From an uncultured Muribaculaceae bacterium (GTDB lineage: Bacteria; Bacteroidota; Bacteroidia; Bacteroidales; Muribaculaceae): a stretch of 64,000 nt of DNA. Below the pieces are notes generated by a model. It saw nothing but the letters and a program-made list of their open reading frames with translations. It was not told the DNA's origin and did not search any database. The stretch spans positions 53-64,052 of the forward strand of contig CAJLTZ010000001.1 in assembly GCA_905209725.1 (NCBI GenBank), written 5' to 3'. Shown piece after piece: positions 46,846-58,397 of the stretch (position 1 is its first letter; each line of letters opens with the position of its first letter). The translations under genes were made by a program, and so were the position numbers.

Positions 46846-48969
46846 ATGGCAAAACACGACGAACTTAAATACACCCGCAATATCGGCATCATGGCTCACA
46901 TCGATGCCGGCAAAACCACTACGTCCGAACGTATTCTCTTCTATACCGGTCTGACCCACAAAATCGGTGAGGTGCACGATGGCGCCGCCACCATGGACTG
47001 GATGGAACAGGAGCAGGAACGCGGTATCACCATCACTTCCGCTGCTACCACTACATTCTGGAAATACAAGGACGACAAATACAAAATCAACCTGATCGAT
47101 ACCCCGGGACACGTCGATTTCACCGTCGAGGTGGAACGCTCCCTCCGTGTGCTCGACGGCGCTGTGGCTGCCTTCTGCGCAGTGGGCGGCGTTGAACCCC
47201 AGTCGGAGACCGTTTGGCGTCAGGCCGACAAATACAACGTGCCCCGTATCGGTTACGTCAACAAGATGGACCGCTCCGGCGCCAACTTCTTCGAGGTTGT
47301 CCGCCAGGTGAAAGAGGTGCTCGGCGCCACCCCGCTCCCCATCCAGATTCCTATCGGTGCTGAGGAGAGCTTCAAGGGAGTTGTCGACCTCGTGAAGATG
47401 AAGGCTATCTTCTGGCACGACGAAACAATGGGCGCCGAATACGAGGAGGAAGAGATTCCCGCCAATCTCCGCGCTGAGGCTGAGGAGTATCACGACAAGA
47501 TGCTCGAGACCCTTGCCGAACTCGACGAGAACCTCATGGAGAAATATTTCGACGACCCCTCCACAATCACCGAGGACGAGGTCCGCGCCGCCATCCGCAA
47601 AGGCACGATCTCCATGGCCATCAACCCCATGATCTGCGGCTCTTCGTTCAAGAACAAGGGCGTGCAGACTCTGCTTGATGCCGTCTGCGCATATCTGCCC
47701 TCTCCCGAGGACGCAGGTGCTGTGGAAGGCCACGCTCCCGGCAACTCCGACGAGATCGAGACCCGCGAGCCCAGCCCCGAGGCTCCTATGTGCGCCCTCG
47801 CGTTCAAGATCGCCACTGACCCCTATGTGGGCCGTCTCTGCTTCTTCCGCGTATACTCGGGCGAGATGGTGGCAGGAAGCTATGTCTACAACTCCCGCTC
47901 CGCAAAGAAAGAGCGCGTCTCACGCCTCTTCCAGATGCACTCCAACAAGCAGAACCCGATGGAGAAGATCGGCTGCGGCGATATCGGCGCAGGCGTTGGC
48001 TTCAAGGATATCCGCACAGGCGATACCCTCTGCGATGAAAACCATCCCATCGTGCTCGAGGCTATGGAGTTCCCCGATCCCGTGATCGGCATCGCCGTAG
48101 AGCCCAAGACTCAGAAAGACCTCGACAAACTTGGCGTTGGCCTTCAGAAACTCGCCGAGGAGGATCCTACCTTCCGCGTTGAGACAAATGAGGAGACCGG
48201 CCAGACCGTGATCAGCGGTATGGGTGAGCTTCACCTCGACATCATCATCGACCGTCTGCGTCGTGAGTTCAAGGTTGAGTGCAACCAGGGCCGTCCCCAG
48301 GTTACTTATAAGGAGGCAATCACCAAACCTGTCGAGCTCCGCGAGACATTCAAGAAGCAGACCGGTGGCCGTGGTAAATTCGCCGACATCATAGTCCGCG
48401 TCGAGCCCGTTGACGAAGGCTTCGAGGGCAACCTCCAGTTTGTCGACGAGGTTAAGGGCGGTAACGTGCCTAAGGAGTATATCCCCAGCGTGCAGAAGGG
48501 CTTCCAGACAGCTATGAAGAATGGTGTCCTCGCAGGCTATCCTGTTGAGCAGCTCAAGGTTACACTTCTCGACGGCAGCTTCCACCCCGTGGACTCCGAC
48601 CAGCTCTCCTTCGAGCTCTGCGCCATCCAGGCATTCAAGCATGCCAGCGAGAAAGCAGCCCCCGTGCTCATGGAGCCTATCATGAAGATTGAGGTGGTGA
48701 CACCCGAAGAGTCGATGGGCGACGTGATCGGCGACCTTAACAAGCGTCGCGGTCAGGTGGAAGGCATGGAAACAAGCCGCAGTGGCGCCCGCATCGTCAA
48801 GGCCAAAGCCCCGCTCGCAGAGATGTTCGGTTATGTAACAGCTCTCCGCACAATCACTTCCGGCCGTGCCACAAGCACCATGACGTTCAGTCACTATGCC
48901 GAGGTAAGCAACTCGATTGCCAAGAACGTGCTCACCGAGGTGCAGGGCCGTGTGGATCTTCTCAAGTAA
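46846..48969 (+). CDS. fusA: elongation factor G
   Basis: [13 protein letters not shown]-domain and 707 aa length. Confidence 0.97.
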   Translation: MAKHDELKYTRNIGIMAHIDAGKTTTSERILFYTGLTHKIGEVHDGAATMDWMEQEQERGITITSAATTTFWKYKDDKYKINLIDTPGHVDFTVEVERSLRVLDGAVAAFCAVGGVEPQSETVWRQADKYNVPRIGYVNKMDRSGANFFEVVRQVKEVLGATPLPIQIPIGAEESFKGVVDLVKMKAIFWHDETMGAEYEEEEIPANLRAEAEEYHDKMLETLAELDENLMEKYFDDPSTITEDEVRAAIRKGTISMAINPMICGSSFKNKGVQTLLDAVCAYLPSPEDAGAVEGHAPGNSDEIETREPSPEAPMCALAFKIATDPYVGRLCFFRVYSGEMVAGSYVYNSRSAKKERVSRLFQMHSNKQNPMEKIGCGDIGAGVGFKDIRTGDTLCDENHPIVLEAMEFPDPVIGIAVEPKTQKDLDKLGVGLQKLAEEDPTFRVETNEETGQTVISGMGELHLDIIIDRLRREFKVECNQGRPQVTYKEAITKPVELRETFKKQTGGRGKFADIIVRVEPVDEGFEGNLQFVDEVKGGNVPKEYIPSVQKGFQTAMKNGVLAGYPVEQLKVTLLDGSFHPVDSDQLSFELCAIQAFKHASEKAAPVLMEPIMKIEVVTPEESMGDVIGDLNKRRGQVEGMETSRSGARIVKAKAPLAEMFGYVTALRTITSGRATSTMTFSHYAEVSNSIAKNVLTEVQGRVDLLK

Positions 48970-48990
48970 TAAAATAGCCTATCATATAAT

Positions 48991-49296
48991 ATGAGCCAGA
49001 AAATCAGAATCAAACTCAAATCTTACGACCACAATCTCGTCGACAAGAGTGCCGAGAAGATCGTAAAGACGGTGAAGAGCTCAGGCGCTGTGGTGAGCGG
49101 TCCGATTCCCCTGCCCACGCACAAGAGAATCTTCACGGTGAACCGTTCCACCTTTGTCAACAAGAAGAGCCGCGAGCAGTTCCAGCTCAGCTCCTTCCAG
49201 CGTCTGATCGACATCTACAGCAGCACTGCGAAGACAGTTGACGCCCTCATGAAGCTCGAACTCCCCTCCGGAGTCGACGTTTCCATCAAGGTGTGA
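48991..49296 (+). CDS. rpsJ: 30S ribosomal protein S10
   Basis: [21 protein letters not shown]10 signature. It directly follows fusA with no tuf between them. Confidence 0.96.
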   Translation: MSQKIRIKLKSYDHNLVDKSAEKIVKTVKSSGAVVSGPIPLPTHKRIFTVNRSTFVNKKSREQFQLSSFQRLIDIYSSTAKTVDALMKLELPSGVDVSIKV

Positions 49297-49353
49297 TGTT
49301 GCTCGCCAATAAAAGAAAAAACAACTAAACGACACAAATAAGTAATAAAAGAA

Positions 49354-49971
49354 ATGCCAGGATTATTAGGAAAGAAAATCGGAATGACATCCGTTTTCAG
49401 TGCCGACGGAAAGAACATTCCGTGCACTGTTATCGAAGCAGGTCCTTGCGTTGTAACGCAGATCAAGACTGTCGAGAAAGACGGTTATGAGGCTGTGCAG
49501 GTAGGCTTCCAGGAAGCAAAGGAGAAGCACACCACCCAGCCGATGGCCGGACACTTCAAGAAGGCAGGCGTTGCTCCGCAGAGACACTTGGCCGAGTTCA
49601 AGTCGTTCGAGACAACACTGTCTCTGGGCGACACGCTGACTGTGGACCTTTTCCAGGAAGGCGGCTTTGTCGACGTGGTCGGCACCTCCAAGGGTAAAGG
49701 TTTCCAGGGCGTTGTGAAGCGTCATGGATTTGGCGGCGTAGGCCAGAAGACCCACGGCCAGCACAACCGTCTCCGCGCACCCGGTTCTATCGGAGCCTGC
49801 TCCTATCCCGCAAAGGTGTTCAAAGGCCTCCGCATGGCCGGCCAGATGGGCAACGAGCGCGTCACCGTGCAGAATCTCCAGGTGATCAAAGTGCTCCCTG
49901 AGCACAATTTGTTAATGATTAAGGGTTCCGTCCCCGGGCCTAAAGGTTCAATTGTAATGATTGAGAAATAA
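49354..49971 (+). CDS. rplC: 50S ribosomal protein L3
   Basis: [15 protein letters not shown] signature. Confidence 0.96.
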   Translation: MPGLLGKKIGMTSVFSADGKNIPCTVIEAGPCVVTQIKTVEKDGYEAVQVGFQEAKEKHTTQPMAGHFKKAGVAPQRHLAEFKSFETTLSLGDTLTVDLFQEGGFVDVVGTSKGKGFQGVVKRHGFGGVGQKTHGQHNRLRAPGSIGACSYPAKVFKGLRMAGQMGNERVTVQNLQVIKVLPEHNLLMIKGSVPGPKGSIVMIEK

Positions 49972-50606
49972 TGGAAGTAGCAGTATATAATATCAAAGGC
50001 GAGGATACCGGCCGTAAGGTCACCCTCAACGACGAAGTGTTCGCACGCAATCTCGAAGAAGGCAACGCCGAGCACACCCTTTATCTCGATATCAAGCAAT
50101 ACCTCGGCAACCAGCGTCAGGGCACCCATAAGAGCAAGGAGCGCAGCGAAGTGTCTTATTCCACCCGCAAGATGGGACGTCAGAAAGGTGGCGGCGGCGC
50201 TCGTCGCGGCGACCTCAACTCTCCCGTGCTCTATCATGGCGGCCGCGTGTTCGGTCCCCGTCCCCGCGACTACCGCTCGAAGCTCAACAAGAAGATGAAG
50301 AGCCTTGCCCGCAAGATCGCCCTCACTTCGAAGGCTCAGGACAAGAAGATCTTCGTGGTGGAGAACTTCACTTTCGAGGCACCCCGCACAAAGAGCTATC
50401 TCGAGATCGCCCGCAACTTCAAGCTGCAGGACGCCAAGGTGCTCCTCGTGTTCGCTCAGCCCGACAACAATGTGCTCCTCTCGGTGCGCAATGTGCCCAA
50501 CGCCCTCATGGCCCAGGCTGTCGACCTGAACGCTTACACGGTGCTCAATAATGACGCAATCCTTATCACTGAGGACAGCGTCGGCATCATCAACGACTAT
50601 AAATAA
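49971..50606 (+). CDS. rplD: 50S ribosomal protein L4
   Basis: Conserved position and length (211 aa). Confidence 0.95.
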   Translation: MEVAVYNIKGEDTGRKVTLNDEVFARNLEEGNAEHTLYLDIKQYLGNQRQGTHKSKERSEVSYSTRKMGRQKGGGGARRGDLNSPVLYHGGRVFGPRPRDYRSKLNKKMKSLARKIALTSKAQDKKIFVVENFTFEAPRTKSYLEIARNFKLQDAKVLLVFAQPDNNVLLSVRNVPNALMAQAVDLNAYTVLNNDAILITEDSVGIINDYK

Positions 50607-50620
50607 GGAGAACAAGAGAA

Positions 50621-50911
50621 ATGGACATTCAGATCAAACCTATCGTGACCGAAAAGGCCACGGCTTATAGCGAGAAAGAGAATTGCTACACGTTCGCAGT
50701 GTCTCCTGATGCCAACAAATTCCAGATCAAGGACATTGTGGAGAAACTCTACAATGTGCGCGTGGAGAGAGTGAACATCGCCAACTATTCGGGCAAGCGC
50801 AAACAGCGCTACACGAAGGGAGGCCTCATCCGCGGCCGCCGCGACGCCTTCAAGAAGGCTTTCGTCACTGTGGCCGAGGGACAGAAGATTGACTATTACA
50901 GCAATATTTAA
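50621..50911 (+). CDS. rplW: 50S ribosomal protein L23
   Basis: 96 aa in conserved position. Confidence 0.95.
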   Translation: MDIQIKPIVTEKATAYSEKENCYTFAVSPDANKFQIKDIVEKLYNVRVERVNIANYSGKRKQRYTKGGLIRGRRDAFKKAFVTVAEGQKIDYYSNI

Positions 50912-50917
50912 AAAGAA

Positions 50918-51745
50918 ATGGCAGTAAGAAAATTCAAGCCCACTACGCCTGGGCAGAGACACAAGGTTATTGGTGTGTTCAAAGGACAAATCACTGCTAC
51001 CACACCAGAAAAATCTCTTACGGTCGGCAAGCGCTCCACCGGCGGCCGCAACTCGTCGGGCCATCTGAGCACCCGCTATCGCGGCGGCGGCCACAAGAGA
51101 AAATTGCGTCTTATCGACTTCAAGAGAACCAACGACAATGTACCGGCCACTGTTAAGAGCATCGAGTATGATCCTAACCGTTCGGCCCGCATAGCGCTTC
51201 TCTACTACCAAGACGGATCAAAGGCATATATGATCGCCCCCAACGGTCTCGAAGTGGGCCAGGTGGTGATGAGCGGAGCCGACGTGGCTCCCGAGGTTGG
51301 CAACTGCCTTCCCCTTGCCAAGATCCCTGTCGGAACTCTGATTCATTGTATTGAGCTTCGTCCCGGCCAGGGTGCCTGCATGGCACGCAGCGCCGGCACT
51401 TTCGCGCAGCTCACCTCGCGCGAGGGTGATTATGCAATTATCAAGTTGCCTTCTGGAGAAACCCGCAAGGTGCTTCTCACATGCCGTGCCACAGTAGGTG
51501 TGGTCGGCAACTCCGACCATGCTCTCGAGAGCAGCGGTAAGGCTGGCCGCAGCCGCTGGCTGGGCCGTCGCCCTCACAACCGTGGTGTAGTCATGAACCC
51601 TGTCGATCACCCGATGGGTGGTGGCGAGGGCCGTCAGAGCGGTGGTCATCCCCGCTCGCGTACGGGTCTCTACGCAAAGGGCCTCAAGACTCGCTCGCCG
51701 AAGAAGCATTCTTCGAAGTATATAATTGAAAGAAGGAAAAAATAA
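50918..51745 (+). CDS. rplB: 50S ribosomal protein L2
   Basis: [15 protein letters not shown] signature. Confidence 0.97.
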   Translation: MAVRKFKPTTPGQRHKVIGVFKGQITATTPEKSLTVGKRSTGGRNSSGHLSTRYRGGGHKRKLRLIDFKRTNDNVPATVKSIEYDPNRSARIALLYYQDGSKAYMIAPNGLEVGQVVMSGADVAPEVGNCLPLAKIPVGTLIHCIELRPGQGACMARSAGTFAQLTSREGDYAIIKLPSGETRKVLLTCRATVGVVGNSDHALESSGKAGRSRWLGRRPHNRGVVMNPVDHPMGGGEGRQSGGHPRSRTGLYAKGLKTRSPKKHSSKYIIERRKK

Positions 51746-51764
51746 TTGAATAATTGACACTATT

Positions 51765-52034
51765 ATGAGTCGTTCGTTAAAAAAAGGACCGTTTATCAGC
51801 GTCAAGCTTGAGAAGAAGGTGGCAGCCATGGAGGAGAGCGGAAAGAAAAACGTGATCAAGACATGGAGCCGCGCCTCGATGATTTCTCCTGACTTCGTGG
51901 GCCACACTTTTGCCGTGCATAATGGCAATAAGTTCATCCCCGTTTATGTCACTGAGAACATGGTGGGCCACAAGCTCGGCGAGTTTGCCCCCACCCGCAC
52001 ATTCCGCGGACATGCCGGCAACAAGAAAAAATAA
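51765..52034 (+). CDS. rpsS: 30S ribosomal protein S19
   Basis: [10 protein letters not shown] signature. Confidence 0.97.
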   Translation: MSRSLKKGPFISVKLEKKVAAMEESGKKNVIKTWSRASMISPDFVGHTFAVHNGNKFIPVYVTENMVGHKLGEFAPTRTFRGHAGNKKK

Positions 52035-52080
52035 ACAGGCGTCCTTGCATCTATTAATGACAATTTAAGCACAAGATACA

Positions 52081-52485
52081 ATGAGTAAAAGAAAAAGAGA
52101 AGCAGCCGACGCCATCAAGGAGGCTCGGAAAAGCGAATACGGCGCTCGCCTGCGCAATGTTCCCTCTTCCCCCCGCAAGATGCGCTACGTGGTCGACATG
52201 ATCCGCGGCGTGGAGGCTTTCAAGGCTCTCGGCATCTTAAAATTCTCCAATAAAGAGGCTTCCCGCAAGGTGGAGAAGCTCCTCCGGTCGGCTATCGCCA
52301 ACTGGGAACAGAAGAACGATCGCAAGGCCGAGGCCGGCGAGCTCTTCGTAAAGACAGTCTTTGTTGACGCTGCCCCGATGCTCAAGCGCATGCGTCCCGC
52401 TCCCCAGGGCCGTGGCTACCGCATCCGCAAGCGCTCCAATCACGTCACTTTGTTCGTAGACACGATTTCTAAAAATAAAGATTAA
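52081..52485 (+). CDS. rplV: 50S ribosomal protein L22
   Basis: 134 aa in conserved position. Confidence 0.95.
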   Translation: MSKRKREAADAIKEARKSEYGARLRNVPSSPRKMRYVVDMIRGVEAFKALGILKFSNKEASRKVEKLLRSAIANWEQKNDRKAEAGELFVKTVFVDAAPMLKRMRPAPQGRGYRIRKRSNHVTLFVDTISKNKD

Positions 52486-52493
52486 ACTGCAAG

Positions 52494-53225
52494 ATGGGAC
52501 AAAAAGTTAATCCAATCAGCAACCGTCTGGGAGTGATCCGCGGTTGGGACTCAAACTGGTACGGTGGAAAGAAATACGGCGAGACTCTTCTCGAGGACTC
52601 CAAGATCCGTAAGTATCTCCACACTCGTCTTGCCAAGGCAAGCGTGTCGCGCATCATCATCGAGCGCACCCTTAAGATGGCTACCGTCACAATCGCCACT
52701 TCTCGCCCCGGTATGATTATCGGCAAGGGCGGAAAGGATGTTGACGCACTCAAGGAGGAGCTCAAGAAGATCACCGACAAGGATGTTCAGATCAATATCC
52801 ACGAGATCAAGCGTCCCGAACTCGACGCAGAAATCGTGGCTACCAACATCGCACGTCAGATCGAGAACAAGGTGGCTTACCGCCGCGCAGTGAAGATGGC
52901 TGTCGCTTCTACAATGCGTATGGGCGCCGAGGGCATCAAGGTGCAGGTTTCCGGCCGTCTGAATGGCGCCGAGATGGCCCGCTCCGAAATGTTCAAGGAG
53001 GGCCGCACTCCTCTGCACACTCTTCGTGCAGATATCGATTATGCGCTGGTGGAGGCTCTCACCAAGGTGGGCATCATCGGCATCAAGGTGTGGATCTGCC
53101 GTGGCGAGGTCTATGGTAAGAAGGAGCTCACTCCTTCCTACGTGGCAGGCCAGAAAGAACCCGGCGGTCGTCCCCGTGGCGAGCGCAAGGGCGGATTCCG
53201 CAACAAAAAGAACAACAACCGATAA
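52494..53225 (+). CDS. rpsC: 30S ribosomal protein S3
   Basis: [13 protein letters not shown] signature and KH domain. Confidence 0.97.
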   Translation: MGQKVNPISNRLGVIRGWDSNWYGGKKYGETLLEDSKIRKYLHTRLAKASVSRIIIERTLKMATVTIATSRPGMIIGKGGKDVDALKEELKKITDKDVQINIHEIKRPELDAEIVATNIARQIENKVAYRRAVKMAVASTMRMGAEGIKVQVSGRLNGAEMARSEMFKEGRTPLHTLRADIDYALVEALTKVGIIGIKVWICRGEVYGKKELTPSYVAGQKEPGGRPRGERKGGFRNKKNNNR

Positions 53226-53238
53226 TTAGACTACGATA

Positions 53239-53670
53239 ATGTTACAACCAAAGAAAACCAGATTCCGCCGTTCGCAGAAGGGCCGCATGAAAGGTGAGGC
53301 TCAGAGAGGCAATCAGTTGGCTTTCGGCTCGTTCGGCATCAAGACACTGGATTCGAAATGGATCACAGGTCGCCAGATTGAGGCTGCCCGTGTGGCTGTG
53401 ACGCGTTACATGCAGCGTCAGGGTCAGATCTGGATCCGAATCTTCCCCGACAAGCCCATCACTAAGAAGCCTGCCGAGGTGCGTATGGGTAAAGGTAAAG
53501 GTAACCCCGAGGGATTCGTTGCGCCTGTCACTCCGGGCCGCATCCTGATTGAGGTGGACGGCGTCCCCTACGAAGTAGCCAAGGAGGCACTTCGTCTGGC
53601 CGCTCAGAAACTTCCCGTGATCACAAAGTTCGTGGTTCGTCGCGACTATGATCCCTCTCAGAACGTTTAA
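53239..53670 (+). CDS. rplP: 50S ribosomal protein L16
   Basis: [11 protein letters not shown] signature. Confidence 0.97.
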   Translation: MLQPKKTRFRRSQKGRMKGEAQRGNQLAFGSFGIKTLDSKWITGRQIEAARVAVTRYMQRQGQIWIRIFPDKPITKKPAEVRMGKGKGNPEGFVAPVTPGRILIEVDGVPYEVAKEALRLAAQKLPVITKFVVRRDYDPSQNV

Positions 53671-53685
53671 ACCCCAAAGTAAGAA

Positions 53686-53901
53686 ATGAAAAAGGAAGAA
53701 ATCAAGGAATTAAGCATTCAGGAATTGCAGGCCCAGATAGAGGTCGCAGAGAAAGCTTATCGTGAATTGAAAGTAGCGCACGCGATATCTCCTTCCGACA
53801 ACCCCGCCAAGATCACACGTGATCGCCGTGAGATTGCTCGCATGAAGACTATTCTGCGCCAAAAGGAAATGGCTGCCCAGAAGGAAGCCGCTTCCAAGTA
53901 A
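53686..53901 (+). CDS. rpmC: 50S ribosomal protein L29
   Basis: 71 aa coiled coil in conserved position. Confidence 0.93.
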   Translation: MKKEEIKELSIQELQAQIEVAEKAYRELKVAHAISPSDNPAKITRDRREIARMKTILRQKEMAAQKEAASK

Positions 53902-53926
53902 CTAACCCCTTCAAACGCTTCAAAAA

Positions 53927-54190
53927 ATGGAAGAAAATAAAAGACATTTGAGAAAAGAGAGAATCGGGGTCGTTTCCAGCAACAAGTGCGACAAGACCAT
54001 CACGGTTGAGATCAAGTGGAAAGAGAAACACCCGATTTATGGCAAATTTGTGAATAAGACCAAGAAGTACCATGCTCACGACGAGAACAACGAGTGCTCG
54101 GTAGGTGACACAGTACGTCTGATGGAGACCCGTCCTCTGAGCAAGACGAAGAGATGGAGAATGGTAGAAATCATCGAAAAAGTTAAGTAA
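53927..54190 (+). CDS. rpsQ: 30S ribosomal protein S17
   Basis: 87 aa OB-fold in conserved position. Confidence 0.94.
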   Translation: MEENKRHLRKERIGVVSSNKCDKTITVEIKWKEKHPIYGKFVNKTKKYHAHDENNECSVGDTVRLMETRPLSKTKRWRMVEIIEKVK

Positions 54191-54192
54191 TC

Positions 54193-54558
54193 ATGATACA
54201 GACAGAATCACGTTTGACAGTAGCCGACAACAGCGGTGCGAAGGAAGTGCTGTGCATTCATGTGCTTGGAGGCACAGGACGCCGTTACGCCGGAGTGGGC
54301 GACATTATCGTAGTGACCGTGAAGAGCACCATCCCATCATCTGATGTAAAGAAGGGCACTGTATCGAAGGCTGTGGTGGTCCGCACGAAGAAAGAAATCC
54401 GTCGTGCCGACGGCAGCTACATCCGTTTCGACGACAATGCCTGCGTCCTGCTCAATAACGCCGGCGAGCTCCGCGGCACCCGTATCTTCGGCCCTGTGGC
54501 ACGCGAACTCCGCGCCACTAACATGAAGATCGTGTCGCTCGCACCCGAGGTGCTTTAA
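54193..54558 (+). CDS. rplN: 50S ribosomal protein L14
   Basis: [16 protein letters not shown] signature. Confidence 0.97.
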   Translation: MIQTESRLTVADNSGAKEVLCIHVLGGTGRRYAGVGDIIVVTVKSTIPSSDVKKGTVSKAVVVRTKKEIRRADGSYIRFDDNACVLLNNAGELRGTRIFGPVARELRATNMKIVSLAPEVL

Positions 54559-54593
54559 CATTTCACATCAACGTCTTTAACACAAACAAGAAA

Positions 54594-54914
54594 ATGGCAA
54601 AATTGCATATAAAGAAAGGAGACATCGTCTATGTCAATGCCGGCGACGACAAGGGCAAGACGGGTCGTGTCCTCGAGGTGCTGGTGAAGAAAAACCGCGC
54701 TGTCGTGGAGGGCATCAACATTGTCTCCAAGAGCACAAAGCCGACTGCCAAATATCCTCAGGGTGGTATCGTGAAGATCGAGGCGCCGGTGAATATTTCT
54801 AACCTTAACCCGGTGGATCCCAAGTCGGGCAAGCCCACCCGTATCGGCCGCCGTCGCAACGACGAAGGCAAGCTGGTGCGTTACGCTAAAAAATCTGGAG
54901 AGGAGATCAAATAA
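54594..54914 (+). CDS. rplX: 50S ribosomal protein L24
   Basis: KOW motif [12 protein letters not shown]. Confidence 0.95.
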   Translation: MAKLHIKKGDIVYVNAGDDKGKTGRVLEVLVKKNRAVVEGINIVSKSTKPTAKYPQGGIVKIEAPVNISNLNPVDPKSGKPTRIGRRRNDEGKLVRYAKKSGEEIK

Positions 54915-55462
54915 TGAGCGAGACCACATTAAGCAAGGTATATAAAGAGAAGATCGTGCCCGAACTCACTGAGGAGTTCAAGTACACGACCCCGATGCAG
55001 GTGCCCCGCCTGACAAAGATTGTGATCAACCAGGGACTTGGCGCCGCCACACAGGACAAGAAGATCATCGAGACAGCCCTCACCGAGCTGAGCGCTATCA
55101 CAGGCCAGAAGGCTGTGCCCACGCTCTCCCGTAAGGATATCTCTAACTTCAAGCTCCGTAAGAAGATGCCCATCGGCGCGATGGTTACTCTCCGTCGCGA
55201 GAAAATGTATGAGTTCCTCGAGCGTCTCGTGCGCGTGGCTCTGCCCCGTATCCGCGACTTCAAGGGTATCAACTCCAAGCTCGACGGCCGTGGCAACTAC
55301 ACACTCGGCATCACCGAGCAGATCATCTTCCCTGAGATCAATATCGACAACGTGCCCAAGCTTCAGGGTATGAACATCACCTTCGTCACAACGGCCAACA
55401 CCGATGAGGAGGGTTTTGCTCTGCTCAAAAAGTTCGGCCTTCCCTTTAAACATGACAAATAA
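54914..55462 (+). CDS. rplE: 50S ribosomal protein L5
   Basis: 182 aa in conserved position. Confidence 0.96.
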   Translation: MSETTLSKVYKEKIVPELTEEFKYTTPMQVPRLTKIVINQGLGAATQDKKIIETALTELSAITGQKAVPTLSRKDISNFKLRKKMPIGAMVTLRREKMYEFLERLVRVALPRIRDFKGINSKLDGRGNYTLGITEQIIFPEINIDNVPKLQGMNITFVTTANTDEEGFALLKKFGLPFKHDK

Positions 55463-55469
55463 ATAAGAT

Positions 55470-55772
55470 ATGGCAAAAGAATCAATGAAGGCCCGCGAGG
55501 TGAAGCGCCAGAAGATGGTGGCAAAGTATGCCGCCAAGAAGGCAGCCCTCAAGAAAGCGGCTTTGGCTGATGCCGACGGCAATATCGACTATGAGGCGCT
55601 CACCAAGCTCCAGAAGCTTCCCAAGAACGCGTCGCGCGTGCGTCTGCACAACCGCTGCGAAATCACGGGTCGTCCCAAAGGATACATGCGCCAGTTCGGA
55701 ATTTCCCGCATCCAGTTCCGCGAGATGGCTTCCGCAGGTCTGATTCCCGGTGTCAAGAAAGCAAGCTGGTGA
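55470..55772 (+). CDS. rpsN: 30S ribosomal protein S14
   Basis: 100 aa with C-terminal [27 protein letters not shown]. Confidence 0.95.
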   Translation: MAKESMKAREVKRQKMVAKYAAKKAALKKAALADADGNIDYEALTKLQKLPKNASRVRLHNRCEITGRPKGYMRQFGISRIQFREMASAGLIPGVKKASW

Positions 55773-55880
55773 TTCTTCGGAATCACCGGCTTAGCCAGCC
55801 GGGCACCAACATCCCCACAAGATTTGAAGTGAGTATTAAATATTGTTCAGTAGATCTGAATCAATTTAACCAACAAAACA

Positions 55881-56279
55881 ATGACTGATCCAATAGCAGA
55901 TTATTTGACAAGACTTCGCAACGCCATCATGGCGGGCCACCGCGTGGTAGAGGTCCCCACGTCAAAAATGAAAAGAGAGATCACGAAGATCCTCTTTGAC
56001 CAGGGCTATATCTTGAACTATAAGTTCGACGACACCAACGCGCCGAAGGGAGTTATCAAGATCGCCCTTAAGTATGATCCGGTTGACAAGGTGAGCGCCA
56101 TCAAGAACCTTCACCGCGTTTCGCGTCCGGGTCTGCGCCAGTACACCGGCTATAAAGACATGCCCCGCGTGCTTAACGGCCTGGGCATCGCAATCCTGAG
56201 CACATCCCAGGGCGTGATGACCAACAAGGAGGCCAAAGAGCGCAAGATTGGCGGCGAAGTATTGTGTTACGTTTATTAA
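55881..56279 (+). CDS. rpsH: 30S ribosomal protein S8
   Basis: MTDPIADYLTRLRNA signature. Confidence 0.96.
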   Translation: MTDPIADYLTRLRNAIMAGHRVVEVPTSKMKREITKILFDQGYILNYKFDDTNAPKGVIKIALKYDPVDKVSAIKNLHRVSRPGLRQYTGYKDMPRVLNGLGIAILSTSQGVMTNKEAKERKIGGEVLCYVY

Positions 56280-56293
56280 AAGAGGGAGGTATT

Positions 56294-56848
56294 ATGTCAA
56301 GAATTGGTAAAGCACCTATTACGATACCTGCCGGCGTAACCGTACAGGTAAAAGGAAATGAAGTGACTGTAAAGGGCCCCAAGGGTGAGCTCAAGCAGGA
56401 GGTGAATCCTGACATCACGGTCACAGTGGAAGATGGCCATGTTCATGTAAGCCGTCCTACGGACGACCGTGAGCACCGCGCCATGCACGGACTCTATCGC
56501 GCGCTGATCGCCAACATGGTTCACGGCGTGTCGGAGGGTTACAAGAAAGAGCTGGAGCTCGTAGGTGTGGGCTATCGCGCCACAAGCACGGGCCAGGTGC
56601 TCGAACTCGCCTTAGGATATTCACATGCTATCTATATCAAGCTTCCCAAAGAGGTGAAGGTTGAGGCTAAGACGGAGCGTAACAAGAACCCGCTCATCAC
56701 TCTCGAGAGCAGCGACAAGCAGCTCCTCGGTCAGGTGTGCGCAAAGATTCGCTCCCTCCGCAAGCCCGAACCTTACAAGGGCAAAGGTATCAAGTTTGTC
56801 GGCGAGGTGATCCGCCGCAAGAGTGGTAAATCAGCTAACGCCAAATAA
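56294..56848 (+). CDS. rplF: 50S ribosomal protein L6
   Basis: Start at MSRIGKAPI, the internal Met of the ORF-track ORF. Confidence 0.95.
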   Translation: MSRIGKAPITIPAGVTVQVKGNEVTVKGPKGELKQEVNPDITVTVEDGHVHVSRPTDDREHRAMHGLYRALIANMVHGVSEGYKKELELVGVGYRATSTGQVLELALGYSHAIYIKLPKEVKVEAKTERNKNPLITLESSDKQLLGQVCAKIRSLRKPEPYKGKGIKFVGEVIRRKSGKSANAK

Positions 56849-56863
56849 AACAAATAGATAATT

Positions 56864-57205
56864 ATGGTATCCAAGATAGCAAGAAGAAATAAGATCAAGA
56901 CTCGCATCCGCGGTCGCATCAGCGGCACTGCTGAGCGTCCCCGCATGAGCGTGTTCCGTTCGAACAAGGGCATTTACGTACAGGTGATCGACGACCTTGC
57001 AGGTGCCACTCTGGTGGCAGCGTCTTCCAAGGGCCTCGAAGGAGGCACCAAGGTCGACCAGGCAGCCAAGGTTGGCGAGGAGATCGCTAAGAGAGCCCTC
57101 GAGAAGGGGATTACCGAAGTGGTGTTCGACCGCAACGGCTATCTCTATCACGGAAGAGTTAAATCATTGGCAGACGCAGCCCGCAAGGGAGGCCTTAAAT
57201 TCTAA
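56864..57205 (+). CDS. rplR: 50S ribosomal protein L18
   Basis: 113 aa in conserved position. Confidence 0.95.
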   Translation: MVSKIARRNKIKTRIRGRISGTAERPRMSVFRSNKGIYVQVIDDLAGATLVAASSKGLEGGTKVDQAAKVGEEIAKRALEKGITEVVFDRNGYLYHGRVKSLADAARKGGLKF

Positions 57206-57214
57206 CATACAGAC

Positions 57215-57736
57215 ATGGCAACTAAAATTAATAAGGTAAAGAGCACAAACGATCTTGAACTGACGGACCACCTTGTGGCCATCAACCGCGTCACGAAAGT
57301 GACCAAGGGCGGACGTGCGTTCAGTTTTGCGGCCATCGTCGTAGTAGGCGACGGCAACGGCGTGATCGGCTGGGGCCTCGGCAAAGCCAATGAGGTGCAG
57401 GCAGCGATTGCCAAAGGTGTTGAGACAGCTAAGAAGAATCTGATCAAGGTGCCTGTGCACCGTGGCACGATTCCTCACGAGGTGGTAGCCAAATTCGGCG
57501 GTTCCCGCATTTTCCTCAAGCCTGCAGGCGAGGGTACCGGTGTGAAGGCCGGTGGCGCTATGCGTGCCGTTCTCGAGAGCGTCGGCGTCACCGACGTGCT
57601 CGCTAAGTCGAAAGGCAGCTCCAACCCCCACAACCTTGTGAAGGCCACAATCGCTGCGCTCGCAGAGCTCCGCAGCCCCGCTCAGGTGGCTCAGAACCGC
57701 GGCGTAGCTGTGGAAAAAGTGTTTAACGGAAAATAA
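57215..57736 (+). CDS. rpsE: 30S ribosomal protein S5
   Basis: 173 aa with a dsRBD and an S5 C-terminal domain. Confidence 0.96.
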   Translation: MATKINKVKSTNDLELTDHLVAINRVTKVTKGGRAFSFAAIVVVGDGNGVIGWGLGKANEVQAAIAKGVETAKKNLIKVPVHRGTIPHEVVAKFGGSRIFLKPAGEGTGVKAGGAMRAVLESVGVTDVLAKSKGSSNPHNLVKATIAALAELRSPAQVAQNRGVAVEKVFNGK

Positions 57737-57744
57737 TCATTCAG

Positions 57745-57924
57745 ATGGCACAGATAAAAATCACTCAGACTAAGAGCCGCATCAACGCGCCCAAGGTGCA
57801 GAAACTCACCCTCGACGCGCTCGGACTGCGCAAGATGAACCATTCGGTGATTAAAGAGGACACTCCCAGCATCATGGGTATGGTCAAGACGGTGCACCAT
57901 TTGGTGACGGTTACAAAACTTTAA
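57745..57924 (+). CDS. rpmD: 50S ribosomal protein L30
   Basis: 59 aa ORF ([59 protein letters not shown]), found by hand because it is below the ORF-track cutoff. Confidence 0.9.
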   Translation: MAQIKITQTKSRINAPKVQKLTLDALGLRKMNHSVIKEDTPSIMGMVKTVHHLVTVTKL

Positions 57925-57939
57925 ACTGACACATCAGAA

Positions 57940-58386
57940 ATGGAATTACATACGCTTAAGCCTGCCGTAGGCAGCAATAAGAAGAACAAGAGAGTGGGAC
58001 GCGGACCCGGTTCCGGTTACGGCGGCACATCGACCCGCGGCCATAAGGGCGCCAAGTCACGCTCCGGATATAAGCACAAGATCGGCTTCGAGGGTGGCCA
58101 GATGCCGCTCCAGCGTCGCGTGCCGAAATTCGGATTCAACAATATCAACCGTGTGGAATACAAGGCCATCAATCTCGACGCGCTCGAGGCTCTTGCCGCC
58201 GCCCAGAATCTCACGAAGATCACTGTGGAGGATATGCGCGCCGCCGGTCTCGTTTCCAAGAAAGCCCTTGTCAAGGTCCTTGGCAATGGCGCCCTCACCC
58301 GCGCGCTCGAGGTGCAGGCCGATGCCTTCTCCAAGAAGGCTGAGGAGGCTATCGCCGCCGCTGGAGGTACGGTTGTTAAAAAGTAA
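57940..58386 (+). CDS. rplO: 50S ribosomal protein L15
   Basis: 148 aa, Gly-rich N-terminus. Confidence 0.95.
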   Translation: MELHTLKPAVGSNKKNKRVGRGPGSGYGGTSTRGHKGAKSRSGYKHKIGFEGGQMPLQRRVPKFGFNNINRVEYKAINLDALEALAAAQNLTKITVEDMRAAGLVSKKALVKVLGNGALTRALEVQADAFSKKAEEAIAAAGGTVVKK

Positions 58387-58397
58387 TTTGATACACA